Assembly (NCBI GenBank): GCA_946630435.1
Contig: CAMOYS010000001.1
Location: forward strand, 7,433-71,432
Length of the DNA: 64,000 nt
Origin: an uncultured Bacillales bacterium
GTDB taxonomy: Bacteria; Bacillota_I; Bacilli_A; RFN20; CAG-826
Reading direction: 5' to 3'
A program made the position numbers and the translations under genes. Every line of letters starts with the position of its first letter. Within the stretch, counting starts at the first letter, position 1. The notes under the pieces are model-generated. The model made no database searches, had not been told where the DNA came from, and worked only from the letters and a program-made list of their open reading frames with translations. Positions 10,261 to 18,596 of the stretch are shown one piece after another.

Positions 10261-11125
10261 AGCAATCGCTCTTTTCATTAAGTATATGCGTGTCGAGAAA
10301 GGCGCTAGTAACGAAACTATCGCCTCTTATCAAAGCGATCTTGAACTATTCGCTAAAGCTTTAAAACTCAAAAACGTTGAAGATTTAAGCCCGTATTCCA
10401 TCCAAGATTATGTCCGTATTCAGTCGAGAAATCTTTTAGTGGTCTCTACAATCTTGAGAAGATTATCCGTTACTCGAAATTTCTATCGCTTCTTAGAAGC
10501 GGAAGGCTATGTTAACGATGAACTTAAACGCTTTGAAGTCCCACGTAGCCCATCTCATCTCCCTGTAGTTTTAACCGTAGAGGAAGTTGAAGAACTATTA
10601 AACGCGCCTGATATCAATACGAAAGATGGCGCTAGGGATAAAGCAATGCTAGAAGTCATGTATTCTAGTGGTCTTCGGGTTAGCGAACTCCTCTCTTTAA
10701 AATTTAAAGACATCAACTTCGAATCTGGAATCATAAGCGTTAGAGGTAAAGGGAACAAAGAAAGAAAAGTTCCAATTGGTGAATACGCTTTAGAATATTT
10801 AAACCTCTATGTCCAAACCTGGCGAAAGAAAAATGTTAATCGAACGAGTCCGTTCATATTCTTAAATAAATATGGAGAACCATTATCCCGTCAATTCTTC
10901 TTTAGAAGAGTAAGAGAATACGCTCTTAAAGCGGGCATAAGTAAAACAATTAGCCCACACACCTTAAGGCACTGTTTCGCTACTCACATGCTTGAAAATG
11001 GCGCCGATCTTCGCGCTGTCCAAGAAATGCTCGGTCATGAAAACATTGCCACAACCGAAATTTACACCAATATCTCGGTTAATCGCGTTATGAGTGCATA
11101 TAACTTGTTTAACAAGCGCAAATAG
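10247..11125 (+). CDS. xerD: tyrosine recombinase XerD/XerC family
   Basis: The catalytic C-terminus is RHCFATHMLENGADLRAVQEMLGHENIATTEIYT. The track ORF starts at 10205, but the conserved XerD N-terminus aligns with the Met at 10247 (MEINEAIALFIKYM). The xerD-deoB context matches B. subtilis ripX-drm. Confidence 0.8.
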   Translation: MEINEAIALFIKYMRVEKGASNETIASYQSDLELFAKALKLKNVEDLSPYSIQDYVRIQSRNLLVVSTILRRLSVTRNFYRFLEAEGYVNDELKRFEVPRSPSHLPVVLTVEEVEELLNAPDINTKDGARDKAMLEVMYSSGLRVSELLSLKFKDINFESGIISVRGKGNKERKVPIGEYALEYLNLYVQTWRKKNVNRTSPFIFLNKYGEPLSRQFFFRRVREYALKAGISKTISPHTLRHCFATHMLENGADLRAVQEMLGHENIATTEIYTNISVNRVMSAYNLFNKRK

Positions 11126-11157
11126 AATAAATTTATTGTTGGTAAAGGAGAAAAAAC

Positions 11158-12351
11158 ATGAAATTTAAAAGAATATTCGTAATCGTCGCTGACTCAGCAG
11201 GTATCGGCTACATGCCAGATGCTGAACGTTTCGGAGATAAAGGCTCAAATACATTTGTTCACATCAGTGAAAAGTGTGGTGGTCTTAATATTCCTGTTAT
11301 GAATAGCTTTGGAATTGGCGACCTTGCTCCTATAAAAGGCACTACTAAAGTAGAACACCATCAAGCTTACTCGATGAGACTTCGTGAAACCTCAAATGGT
11401 AAAGACACCATGACTGGTCACTGGGAAATGATGGGTATTAATACCACTAAACCTTTCCAAACTTTCACTGATACTGGTTTTCCTGAATCTCTTATTAAAG
11501 AGCTTGAAGAAAAAACTGGCCATAAAGTTATCGGCAATAAAGCGGCTTCTGGAACTGAAATCTTAAAAGAACTCGGTGAAGAACAAATGAGAGATAACTC
11601 TTTAATCGTTTACACTTCTAGTGATTCTGTTTTACAAATCGCTGCTCACGAAGAAGTAACTGGATTAGAAGAATTATATCGCTGCTGCGAGATTGCTCGT
11701 GAATTATGCATGAGACCTGAATACTTCGTCGGAAGAATTATCGCTCGTCCATATGTTGGCACAAATAAAGATAACTTTAAGCGCACTCCTAATAGACATG
11801 ATTTAACCATCTCTCCAAGTGATATCACCGCGATGGATATCTTAAAAGAACATGGTTACGATGTTGATTGCATCGGCAAAATCAATGATATCTTCAACGG
11901 TGTTGGTGTAACCAAAACCCAAAAAACTGTCTCAAATATCGATGGGATGAATAAAACAATCGAAGAAGCGAAGAATAATGACTTCACTGGTCTTTGCTTT
12001 GTTAACCTCGTTGAATTCGATAGTGAATATGGACACCGTAGAAACCCACTTGGCTATGCGAAATGCTTAGAAGAATTTGACGAAAAGTTAGCGGAACTTA
12101 TCAAATATCTTAAGGAAGATGACTTACTTATGGTTACCGCTGACCACGGAAATGATCCAACTTGGACTGGAACTGATCACACTAGAGAAAAAGTCCCACT
12201 TCTTTGCTACTCCAAATCCTTTAGACACGGTCGTTATTTAGATGAAAGATCAACTTTCGCTGACATTGGAATGACTATTCTTAAAAACTTTGCCCTTGAA
12301 CCTAAAGGCATTAAACTAGGTTCTAGTATCGAGGAATTATTAAATGACTAA
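11158..12351 (+). CDS. deoB: phosphopentomutase
   Basis: 397-aa alkaline-phosphatase-superfamily phosphopentomutase (IVADSAGIG...DHGNDPT). Confidence 0.9.
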   Translation: MKFKRIFVIVADSAGIGYMPDAERFGDKGSNTFVHISEKCGGLNIPVMNSFGIGDLAPIKGTTKVEHHQAYSMRLRETSNGKDTMTGHWEMMGINTTKPFQTFTDTGFPESLIKELEEKTGHKVIGNKAASGTEILKELGEEQMRDNSLIVYTSSDSVLQIAAHEEVTGLEELYRCCEIARELCMRPEYFVGRIIARPYVGTNKDNFKRTPNRHDLTISPSDITAMDILKEHGYDVDCIGKINDIFNGVGVTKTQKTVSNIDGMNKTIEEAKNNDFTGLCFVNLVEFDSEYGHRRNPLGYAKCLEEFDEKLAELIKYLKEDDLLMVTADHGNDPTWTGTDHTREKVPLLCYSKSFRHGRYLDERSTFADIGMTILKNFALEPKGIKLGSSIEELLND

Positions 12352-13312
12352 GAGAATTCTTATCTCTCTTCTTTCAATCGCTTTCCTCGCCTCATGTGGA
12401 GGTGGTAATTCAAACCAAACTGAAGAAAGCGACATCACCTTTATTTCCCCAACAGGCGCTCCAGCCTTAGCCTTCTATGACCAAGGAAATAACAAGAACT
12501 ATGAAACTAATAGCACACCTTCTTTAGTTTTAGCAGAGCTACAAGCTAACTATTATGATGTAGTTGTCGCTCCTGTTTTCGGTGGACTTAAATCAATTAA
12601 AGCCAATAGCGCTGACTTTGCTTTAGCAGAAGTTGTTACAGGTGGTAACTTCTTCCTTGTTGGAGTTAATAAGGAAGCTAATGAAGTCCCAACTAGTTCA
12701 TCTTATATCGTCGCTTTTGCCGAACAAGATGTAACTGGTATGGTTTTTAAAAAGCTCGCTCAAGAAAAATGGAATATCGGAATGGAAAACGTTCACTTTG
12801 TTAGTGGCGCAGCTGATACTCTCCCAATCTTAAAAACTGGTAAACACGCGAGTAATCAAGTTGACTTTGTTTTAACTGCTGAACCTGTCTTTACTAACGC
12901 TAAACAAAGTAAAGATGAAGGCGTCACTTTAGTGGAAACCTATAACATTCAAAACGAATGGAAAACCTTAACTAAACAAGAAAGCCTTGTTCAAGCCGGT
13001 GTCTTTGTTCGTAAATCTTCATTAAACTCTAAACCAAATAAGATGAAACAATTCTTCGTTGACTTAAGAGCAAGAATCAAAACTGCCTTAACAAATCAAG
13101 ACGCAGTTAAAACAGCTTTACATGAATATAACGAAGACGTTAAAGAACAAGCTAAAAGATTTGGCTTCAATGAAAATCTTGCCTTTAATTTATTAAAAAA
13201 CGGTAATCGCTTCGGACTTGTCTCCCCAGAAACTAAGTTAGATGTCAATGCTTTCTTAGTCTCCTTAGGACAAACCGCTTATAGTAACGACTACTTTGTC
13301 ACAATCGAATAA
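12344..13312 (+). CDS. ABC transporter substrate-binding lipoprotein (NitT/TauT-like)
   Basis: 322 aa with a lipobox (LASCGGG). It overlaps the downstream permease gene. Confidence 0.6.
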   Translation: MTKRILISLLSIAFLASCGGGNSNQTEESDITFISPTGAPALAFYDQGNNKNYETNSTPSLVLAELQANYYDVVVAPVFGGLKSIKANSADFALAEVVTGGNFFLVGVNKEANEVPTSSSYIVAFAEQDVTGMVFKKLAQEKWNIGMENVHFVSGAADTLPILKTGKHASNQVDFVLTAEPVFTNAKQSKDEGVTLVETYNIQNEWKTLTKQESLVQAGVFVRKSSLNSKPNKMKQFFVDLRARIKTALTNQDAVKTALHEYNEDVKEQAKRFGFNENLAFNLLKNGNRFGLVSPETKLDVNAFLVSLGQTAYSNDYFVTIE

Positions 13313-14079
13313 TGAAACTGAAAGACTTCCTTAAAAACCATCGAATGACTATTTATACCACTCTCGGGGTTTTGGGAGTCTTTTTAGTTTGGTATCTCAT
13401 CTCACTAATTCTTAATACAACTTTATTCCCATCTCCAATCGTTGTTATTCCTGAGTTCGCTCGTTTGTTCACGCTAGCTGACACATACGCTCAAATTGGA
13501 GGAACGCTTTTAAGGCTTGTAATTTCTTTAGCCATAAGTTTACTCGTTGGAACCGCTTTCGGGGTTCTAGGCGGCGTTTTTGAGCGTTTTAGGGCGTTTT
13601 TTAAACCTTTCGTCACTGTCTTCAAAACTATTCCAACCGCCGCAGTGGTCTTTATCCTCATTGTTTTGATTAAACCACTCTTCACTCCAGTCGTCGTAAC
13701 CTTTCTCATCACCTTCCCAATTATTTACGAATCAGTCGTCACTGGTTTTACAAGCGTTGATGAGAATGTTGTGGATGCGATGAAGGTTGATGGAGCGAAT
13801 AAGTTCAAATCGATTTTTAGAGTCTATCTCCCGTTATCCAAAAACTACATCCTTCTCGCCTTAATTCAAATCATTGGTTTAGGAATGAAGGTCTCAATCA
13901 TGGCTGAGATTTTAGCGGGCTCAGATTCAGTCAGCGGACTTGGTCGAGAAATCTATTATGGATCTTTGACTGGAGACGTAAAAATGATCCTTGCTTACTC
14001 ACTAATTGCCATCTTAATTATAGGCTTAAGTGATGTTGGATTATACTTCGCTAAAAAGAAGTTAAAAGTTAGCAAATAA
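13312..14079 (+). CDS. ABC transporter permease (NitT/TauT family)
   Basis: 255 aa with 6 transmembrane helices and an EAA-like loop. No ATPase gene is adjacent. Confidence 0.7.
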   Translation: MKLKDFLKNHRMTIYTTLGVLGVFLVWYLISLILNTTLFPSPIVVIPEFARLFTLADTYAQIGGTLLRLVISLAISLLVGTAFGVLGGVFERFRAFFKPFVTVFKTIPTAAVVFILIVLIKPLFTPVVVTFLITFPIIYESVVTGFTSVDENVVDAMKVDGANKFKSIFRVYLPLSKNYILLALIQIIGLGMKVSIMAEILAGSDSVSGLGREIYYGSLTGDVKMILAYSLIAILIIGLSDVGLYFAKKKLKVSK

Positions 14080-14106
14080 ATATAAATATTTAAATTCAAT
14101 TAAATT

Positions 14107-14132
14107 GCGCGAAAAATTCGCGCATTTTTATT
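14107..14132 (+). terminator. rho-independent terminator after the ABC permease
   Basis: GCGCGAAAAATTCGCGC hairpin followed by ATTTTTATT. Confidence 0.75.
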
Positions 14133-14162
14133 AGTCAAAATTTAAGCTGCAGAAGTCCGCTC

Positions 14163-14201
14163 TTTGGGAATAATTTTCCCAAACGTTTGAGTTCCTATAA
14201 T
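14163..14201. repeat. palindromic motif copy 2 (TTTGGGAATAATTTTCCCAAA, then N7-TTCCTATAAT)
   Basis: Inverted half-sites, followed by the conserved downstream TTCCTAT element. Confidence 0.7.
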
Positions 14202-14209
14202 TTATCTAA

Positions 14210-14570
14210 ATATTTCTTTTTGTGCGTGTAAAATTATTAAAATCTAGATATGCATACATAAATTAAAAATACGTATCGCGTGGGCAATAAAATTTAGTTA
14301 AATTCATAGGCACGAAATAATAAAAAATTAAATTTAGAAATAGAAATATAAGGATGAATACGCTTGCGAAAAAAATAATAATTTGGCGCGCATTAAATTA
14401 ATAAATCAAGTAGGGGTGAGCGTGTCAAAAAATAAAAAATTACGCACACGCTATAAGTATCATAAACGAGTGCACGCTCATAAATAATCTATATCCAAGT
14501 GCACGAGTAAAGTATAAGAGCATAACCCATGTGCATATAAATAAAATCTACCCACGTGATGCGGATAGAT
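14210..14570. repeat. degenerate roughly 27-bp periodic, iteron-like array in a convergent intergenic region
   Basis: About 12 units. Each is a GC-rich 8-14-mer containing a CGTG, CACG or GTGCAC core (for example CGAGTGCACGCTC, CAAGTGCACGAG, CCCACGTGATGCGG) followed by an AT-rich spacer (ATAAATAAAATC-like). Confidence 0.55.
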
Positions 14571-14573
14571 TAA

Positions 14574-15098
14574 TTAAGAATATTTATCAAAGTCGTCTGG
14601 AGGGACCGGCTGGTTAAGGTCGACTTTTGGTCTTGTTTCTTTATAACCTTTAAAGTCCACAATGAAGGAAGAGACAGTAAATACGCACGCTGCGATAAGC
14701 ATGTAATAGTTAAGTGTGAGGGCAGCGCCTAAGATTAAAACTGTACCCGCAAGAATAGTAAATGGAGCAGGGATTTTAATGAAGGCAAAAAGGTAACGAG
14801 GGTCATATCCGTGAGAGATGAAGACGACGTAAAGAATGAAATAAGCTCCACCAAAAACGATGCAGAAAAATGTGTAAGTGAAGAACCATCCGTTATAGCT
14901 AAATCCATGTGAATAGAGTAGGGCAAGAACGGTTGCGGCAATCCCAGAAAGAATCTCTAAAATGAAGAAGAGAAAAGTAGGGAACTTGAATAGACTCACT
15001 AAGATCTTTCCTTTGCCAGACGCAATGAAGTGAATCACCTTAGGCATGAAGAGGAAAAATGTAAATAGAGCAACGTATATTGAAGTCGGCGAGATCAT
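14574..15098 (-). CDS. hypothetical integral membrane protein
   Basis: 174 aa with about 5 transmembrane helices and no recognisable motif. It is flanked by long non-coding regions. Confidence 0.5.
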   Translation of the reverse strand: MISPTSIYVALFTFFLFMPKVIHFIASGKGKILVSLFKFPTFLFFILEILSGIAATVLALLYSHGFSYNGWFFTYTFFCIVFGGAYFILYVVFISHGYDPRYLFAFIKIPAPFTILAGTVLILGAALTLNYYMLIAACVFTVSSFIVDFKGYKETRPKVDLNQPVPPDDFDKYS

Positions 15099-15371
15099 GA
15101 TTTTGATTATAGGTAAAGGCGTCTAATTGTAAAGAAAAATCGGTTGTAGGGAAGGGAAATTAGTAGAAAATTAGTAGTTTTTGAAATCCACTCAGAGTGT
15201 GGAAAACCCCATTTTGTGGGTTATTAACTATATTTTGACAAACTAAGAAATCTGCTACAAAACACGATTAAATCGTGCTTTTATATTCTCTGGTTAACAT
15301 AATAGAGATTATGCGAAGTAATATATTGATAGCGGATTAGCCTTCTTCTATTACTCTTCTCCACTTTAAGA

Positions 15372-15408
15372 TAAAAAAAGAAACACACGTACGTATATAC
15401 GCGTGTAT
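15372..15408 (-). terminator. terminator of the yqeG-rsfS operon
   Basis: Minus strand: ACACGCGTATATACGTACGTGTGT hairpin then TTCTTTTTTTAT. Confidence 0.65.
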
Positions 15409-15432
15409 CCTTTTAATAATATATATTGTTTA

Positions 15433-15807
15433 TTAGGCTTTACGATTGTCTCTACTAAGGAACTCTTCGAGGTCAATTCTTTCTCTTTCTTCCTTAGTAA
15501 AGATATTAATTATGACATGATTCGCATCGATTAAGATCCAACCTGAGGCGACTTTTCCTTCAACATTTTTGATGTTTAATTTGTTCTTTTCTAAGGCCTC
15601 GACAACGGCTTCTTTTAAGGCATTAAGTTGTCTCACATTTCCCGCTGTGGCTAAGACATAATAATCAGCAAACGGAGTTCTTTCTTTAACGTCCATTGTC
15701 ACAATATCTTGAGCTTTATGTTCGTCTAAAACTTTCTCAACAACGGATAAGGTTTTGTCTTTTCTTGGCATAGTTAATTCTCCTATTTTAAATACATATT
15801 GAAGCAA
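15433..15807 (-). CDS. rsfS: ribosomal silencing factor RsfS (Iojap)
   Basis: 124 aa, DUF143/Iojap family. It is the last gene of the yqeG-rsfS operon. Confidence 0.85.
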   Translation of the reverse strand: MLQYVFKIGELTMPRKDKTLSVVEKVLDEHKAQDIVTMDVKERTPFADYYVLATAGNVRQLNALKEAVVEALEKNKLNIKNVEGKVASGWILIDANHVIINIFTKEERERIDLEEFLSRDNRKA

Positions 15808-16880
15808 GCATCAGTTAGCTTGTTGGTAATGTCTTTATTATGTTTTAAAAGATATTTCTTATTATCAGTTAAGGTATCAATGAAACCTTGATGATAGTCT
15901 TTTAAGGCTGAGGCAATTAGCCAACTAGAATCGAATCCTCTAGTCGGTTCAATCTTGTCTGATAGATAAACAATCTGGGCAATCTCATCCATATTCGCAT
16001 TCCCAGTACAATGGAATTTAATTGCATTTAAAATTGATTCATCTTTAATATCAAATTCAGTTCGGGCAATGTATTCTCCAATGAATTGATGGAAGCTAAA
16101 AGGTGGAAGAGTTAAATAACTTGGGTAATGTTTCTTCATGAATTCAATACCCTTAACTCCTATATAATCTTTACTCTTTCCAACATCATGAAGGATGCCA
16201 GCGATATAGGCTCTTTCTGGATTATCTATTTGATTCTTTTTGGCGATTAAATACGCTAAATGGGCCACCTCAATGGAGTGACGTAATCTCGCTTCATCAA
16301 TATGCATTGCAATCTTATTTACAAAGTAAAGACGATGTTTTTCAATGTAAGTTAAAACTTCATTAGGAACATCGAGTGATTTAAGTTCTCTAACATCTGT
16401 GGAACTAACTTCTCCAGAATTATAGAATTCCATCGAAGTCATCTTATAAGTCTCCACTACTTTTTTATCTACTTTGTAGCCAGGACGATCAATATAGATA
16501 ATACTAGTTAAAGAAGCTAATTCTTCCGCGTTTTTCCATTCTGAGAAACGATTTACTTGATCCACCCCTATTAAAAGGTAAAGTTTATCGTTTTTATATT
16601 TTTTCTTTAAATATCTAACAGTATCAATCGTATAGTTAATATCCGCTTTTGATTTGAGTTCAAAATCAGAAATAATTGTGCCGCTTGGGGCGTTTTTAAG
16701 TGCTAATTTAACCATTTTAAGACGGTGTTCACTACTAGTTAATGGTGCTTTCCATCTTGGCGATTTAGCGGGCACTAAAACAACATCCGCGTTTAATTTT
16801 AACGATGCATACATCATTAAGCGGAGATGTCCATTATGAATTGGGTCAAATGTCCCACCAAAAATGATTAAATTACCCAC
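15783..16880 (-). CDS. nadD: nicotinate-nucleotide adenylyltransferase fused to a YqeK-type HD phosphohydrolase
   Basis: The N-terminus carries GGTFDPIHNGH (NadD). The C-terminus carries an HD domain (HSIEVAHLAYLIA...ILHDVGK), which is a separate gene, yqeK, in Bacillus. Confidence 0.85.
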   Translation of the reverse strand: MGNLIIFGGTFDPIHNGHLRLMMYASLKLNADVVLVPAKSPRWKAPLTSSEHRLKMVKLALKNAPSGTIISDFELKSKADINYTIDTVRYLKKKYKNDKLYLLIGVDQVNRFSEWKNAEELASLTSIIYIDRPGYKVDKKVVETYKMTSMEFYNSGEVSSTDVRELKSLDVPNEVLTYIEKHRLYFVNKIAMHIDEARLRHSIEVAHLAYLIAKKNQIDNPERAYIAGILHDVGKSKDYIGVKGIEFMKKHYPSYLTLPPFSFHQFIGEYIARTEFDIKDESILNAIKFHCTGNANMDEIAQIVYLSDKIEPTRGFDSSWLIASALKDYHQGFIDTLTDNKKYLLKHNKDITNKLTDACFNMYLK

Positions 16881-16882
16881 TT

Positions 16883-18034
16883 TTATTTCTTGTCTTTCAA
16901 TAATACTTTCGAACTTGTTGTGTATAAGCTAACTCCATGAGGGAGGAAGATTCTAAACGTTTGATTATCCGCGTTAAAGGTTAACCAACCTAAGCCCTGG
17001 ATACCGATATCTCTTAAGCCATTTTCATTGATATCTACTTCGTAGACATCTAAATCACGGATTGTTTTTATTCTAGATAAGGTTGGATGAACTGATTTAT
17101 GTTCCACCGCTTTCATGAATTTAACATCGCTATTAACTTTAGAGACTCTCACTAAATCGATATTAGCAGAAACATAGCAATCAAAAGTAATCTTTAAATC
17201 ATTAAGAACTTCAATAAAAGCAATACCGCCGATAAATAAGCAATGTTTGCTACTTAAAGTAATTCTTCTAGGCTTAACTTGTTTTGTTAAATAAACCTTC
17301 TTGAATGTTAAGCGATCAAGTTCATGAAGGATGGAGTTATTATCATCAATTGAAGGAACATCATAGATGGATGATTTCTTAGAAAGAGGAATTCTCATCA
17401 CTCTTAATTCTGTTCCTGGATATTTTTTAGTCATAATTGATTCACGTGAAGTGTTGCTATAGAACTTAAGCATGGAATCAATGAGGGTCTTTTTACCTGA
17501 GAGCTTCGCTCCTAAAAGGTAAACATCCCTACCGTTCATTCTTTCATAGATATTTTCTAACATGTCTTTCGTGGTCTTTTCATCGAATAAAGAAGAGAAA
17601 ACAATGTTATCTTGTTTAATTCTTAAACCATTGAGTAAGAAAATATGAACGATATATTTTTTAAACTTGTTTAAATCGATATTCTTTGGAAGAAGGTCAA
17701 CTTTATTAGCGACCACTAAGATGTCTCCACCTTTAATGACGTTATTAACAATTGGAGAAAATGAAGATTCAAAGGAGAAAACGTTTATTACATAAACGAA
17801 GAGAGCATTCTTCTCTTTAGCGTCTTTTAAGATTGTGGCTGTGCCCTTTTCAATAACAGGTTCAGTCGTTGGCTTATGATGTCTTTCTTTTTCAAAACAT
17901 TCATCGCAAAAGAAGAAAGATTGTCTTTCACTTTCTAAAACTTCTTTTTTGATATAGCCAACTTCTTCGGGGTTATCACTTTGAAGAATTGCGCCGCAGT
18001 TGTAACAGCGAATGATTTCTTTAATTTCCGCCAT
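16883..18034 (-). CDS. yqeH: ribosome biogenesis GTPase YqeH
   Basis: An N-terminal Cys4 zinc ribbon (CYNCG...CDEC) and a circularly permuted GTPase (VANKVDLLPK). Confidence 0.85.
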   Translation of the reverse strand: MAEIKEIIRCYNCGAILQSDNPEEVGYIKKEVLESERQSFFFCDECFEKERHHKPTTEPVIEKGTATILKDAKEKNALFVYVINVFSFESSFSPIVNNVIKGGDILVVANKVDLLPKNIDLNKFKKYIVHIFLLNGLRIKQDNIVFSSLFDEKTTKDMLENIYERMNGRDVYLLGAKLSGKKTLIDSMLKFYSNTSRESIMTKKYPGTELRVMRIPLSKKSSIYDVPSIDDNNSILHELDRLTFKKVYLTKQVKPRRITLSSKHCLFIGGIAFIEVLNDLKITFDCYVSANIDLVRVSKVNSDVKFMKAVEHKSVHPTLSRIKTIRDLDVYEVDINENGLRDIGIQGLGWLTFNADNQTFRIFLPHGVSLYTTSSKVLLKDKK

Positions 18035-18587
18035 ATGAATTTATCTCCTTTAATAAATTTTTACGTCTAAGGCTTCTTCTAATTGGTCGATCGAATAACC
18101 GATTAAAATGTGTAGTAGGTTGATCCTCTTTAACGATTTTGTCTGTAAGGATCGATGTTAAGCCGCTACGGTTAGCAGCTTGGATATCGGTAACCGTTTG
18201 GTCACCAATCATAATAATTTTATTTTTATCTAAAGATAAACGTTCAATGTTTGCTAAGATTTTCTTTTTGAATGGTTTACCGATAGATGGAATATATTCC
18301 ACTCCTAGAGCGCTAGCGTATTGCTTCACTCTATTACCAGTGTTATTAGAAACGATGATGATACGATATCCTGCTAATTCAAGTTTACGGACAAGCTCCA
18401 CTGCTTTTACCGATGGAGTTTTTGTCTTATAGGAGTCTAATGTGTTATCAAGATCAAGAAAGAGAGTGTCAGCGTTTAGTAAGGCTAACTTATCTAAATC
18501 GATGTCGTAGACACTTTTAGCATGAAATGTAGGAATAAATAGTTTGTTCATCTCTTTTAGATTAATAGACTGATATAAAATTATCAA
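18021..18587 (-). CDS. yqeG: HAD-family phosphatase YqeG
   Basis: 188 aa with HAD motifs (DLDNTL, GDQ..TD). Confidence 0.8.
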   Translation of the reverse strand: MIILYQSINLKEMNKLFIPTFHAKSVYDIDLDKLALLNADTLFLDLDNTLDSYKTKTPSVKAVELVRKLELAGYRIIIVSNNTGNRVKQYASALGVEYIPSIGKPFKKKILANIERLSLDKNKIIMIGDQTVTDIQAANRSGLTSILTDKIVKEDQPTTHFNRLFDRPIRRSLRRKNLLKEINSYGGN

Positions 18588-18596
18588 TCTATTAGG

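Noticed and set aside
10205-11125. XerD-like recombinase as a marker of a prophage or integrative element
   Set aside because: It has the chromosomal XerD/RipX signature and sits in the conserved xerD-deoB housekeeping context. There are no phage genes, att-like repeats or tRNA nearby.
14210-14570. Possible CRISPR array
   Set aside because: The repeat units are highly divergent and about 10-14 bp, with AT-rich roughly 12-15 bp spacers. CRISPR repeats are near-identical 24-48 bp units with spacers of similar length, and no cas genes are nearby.
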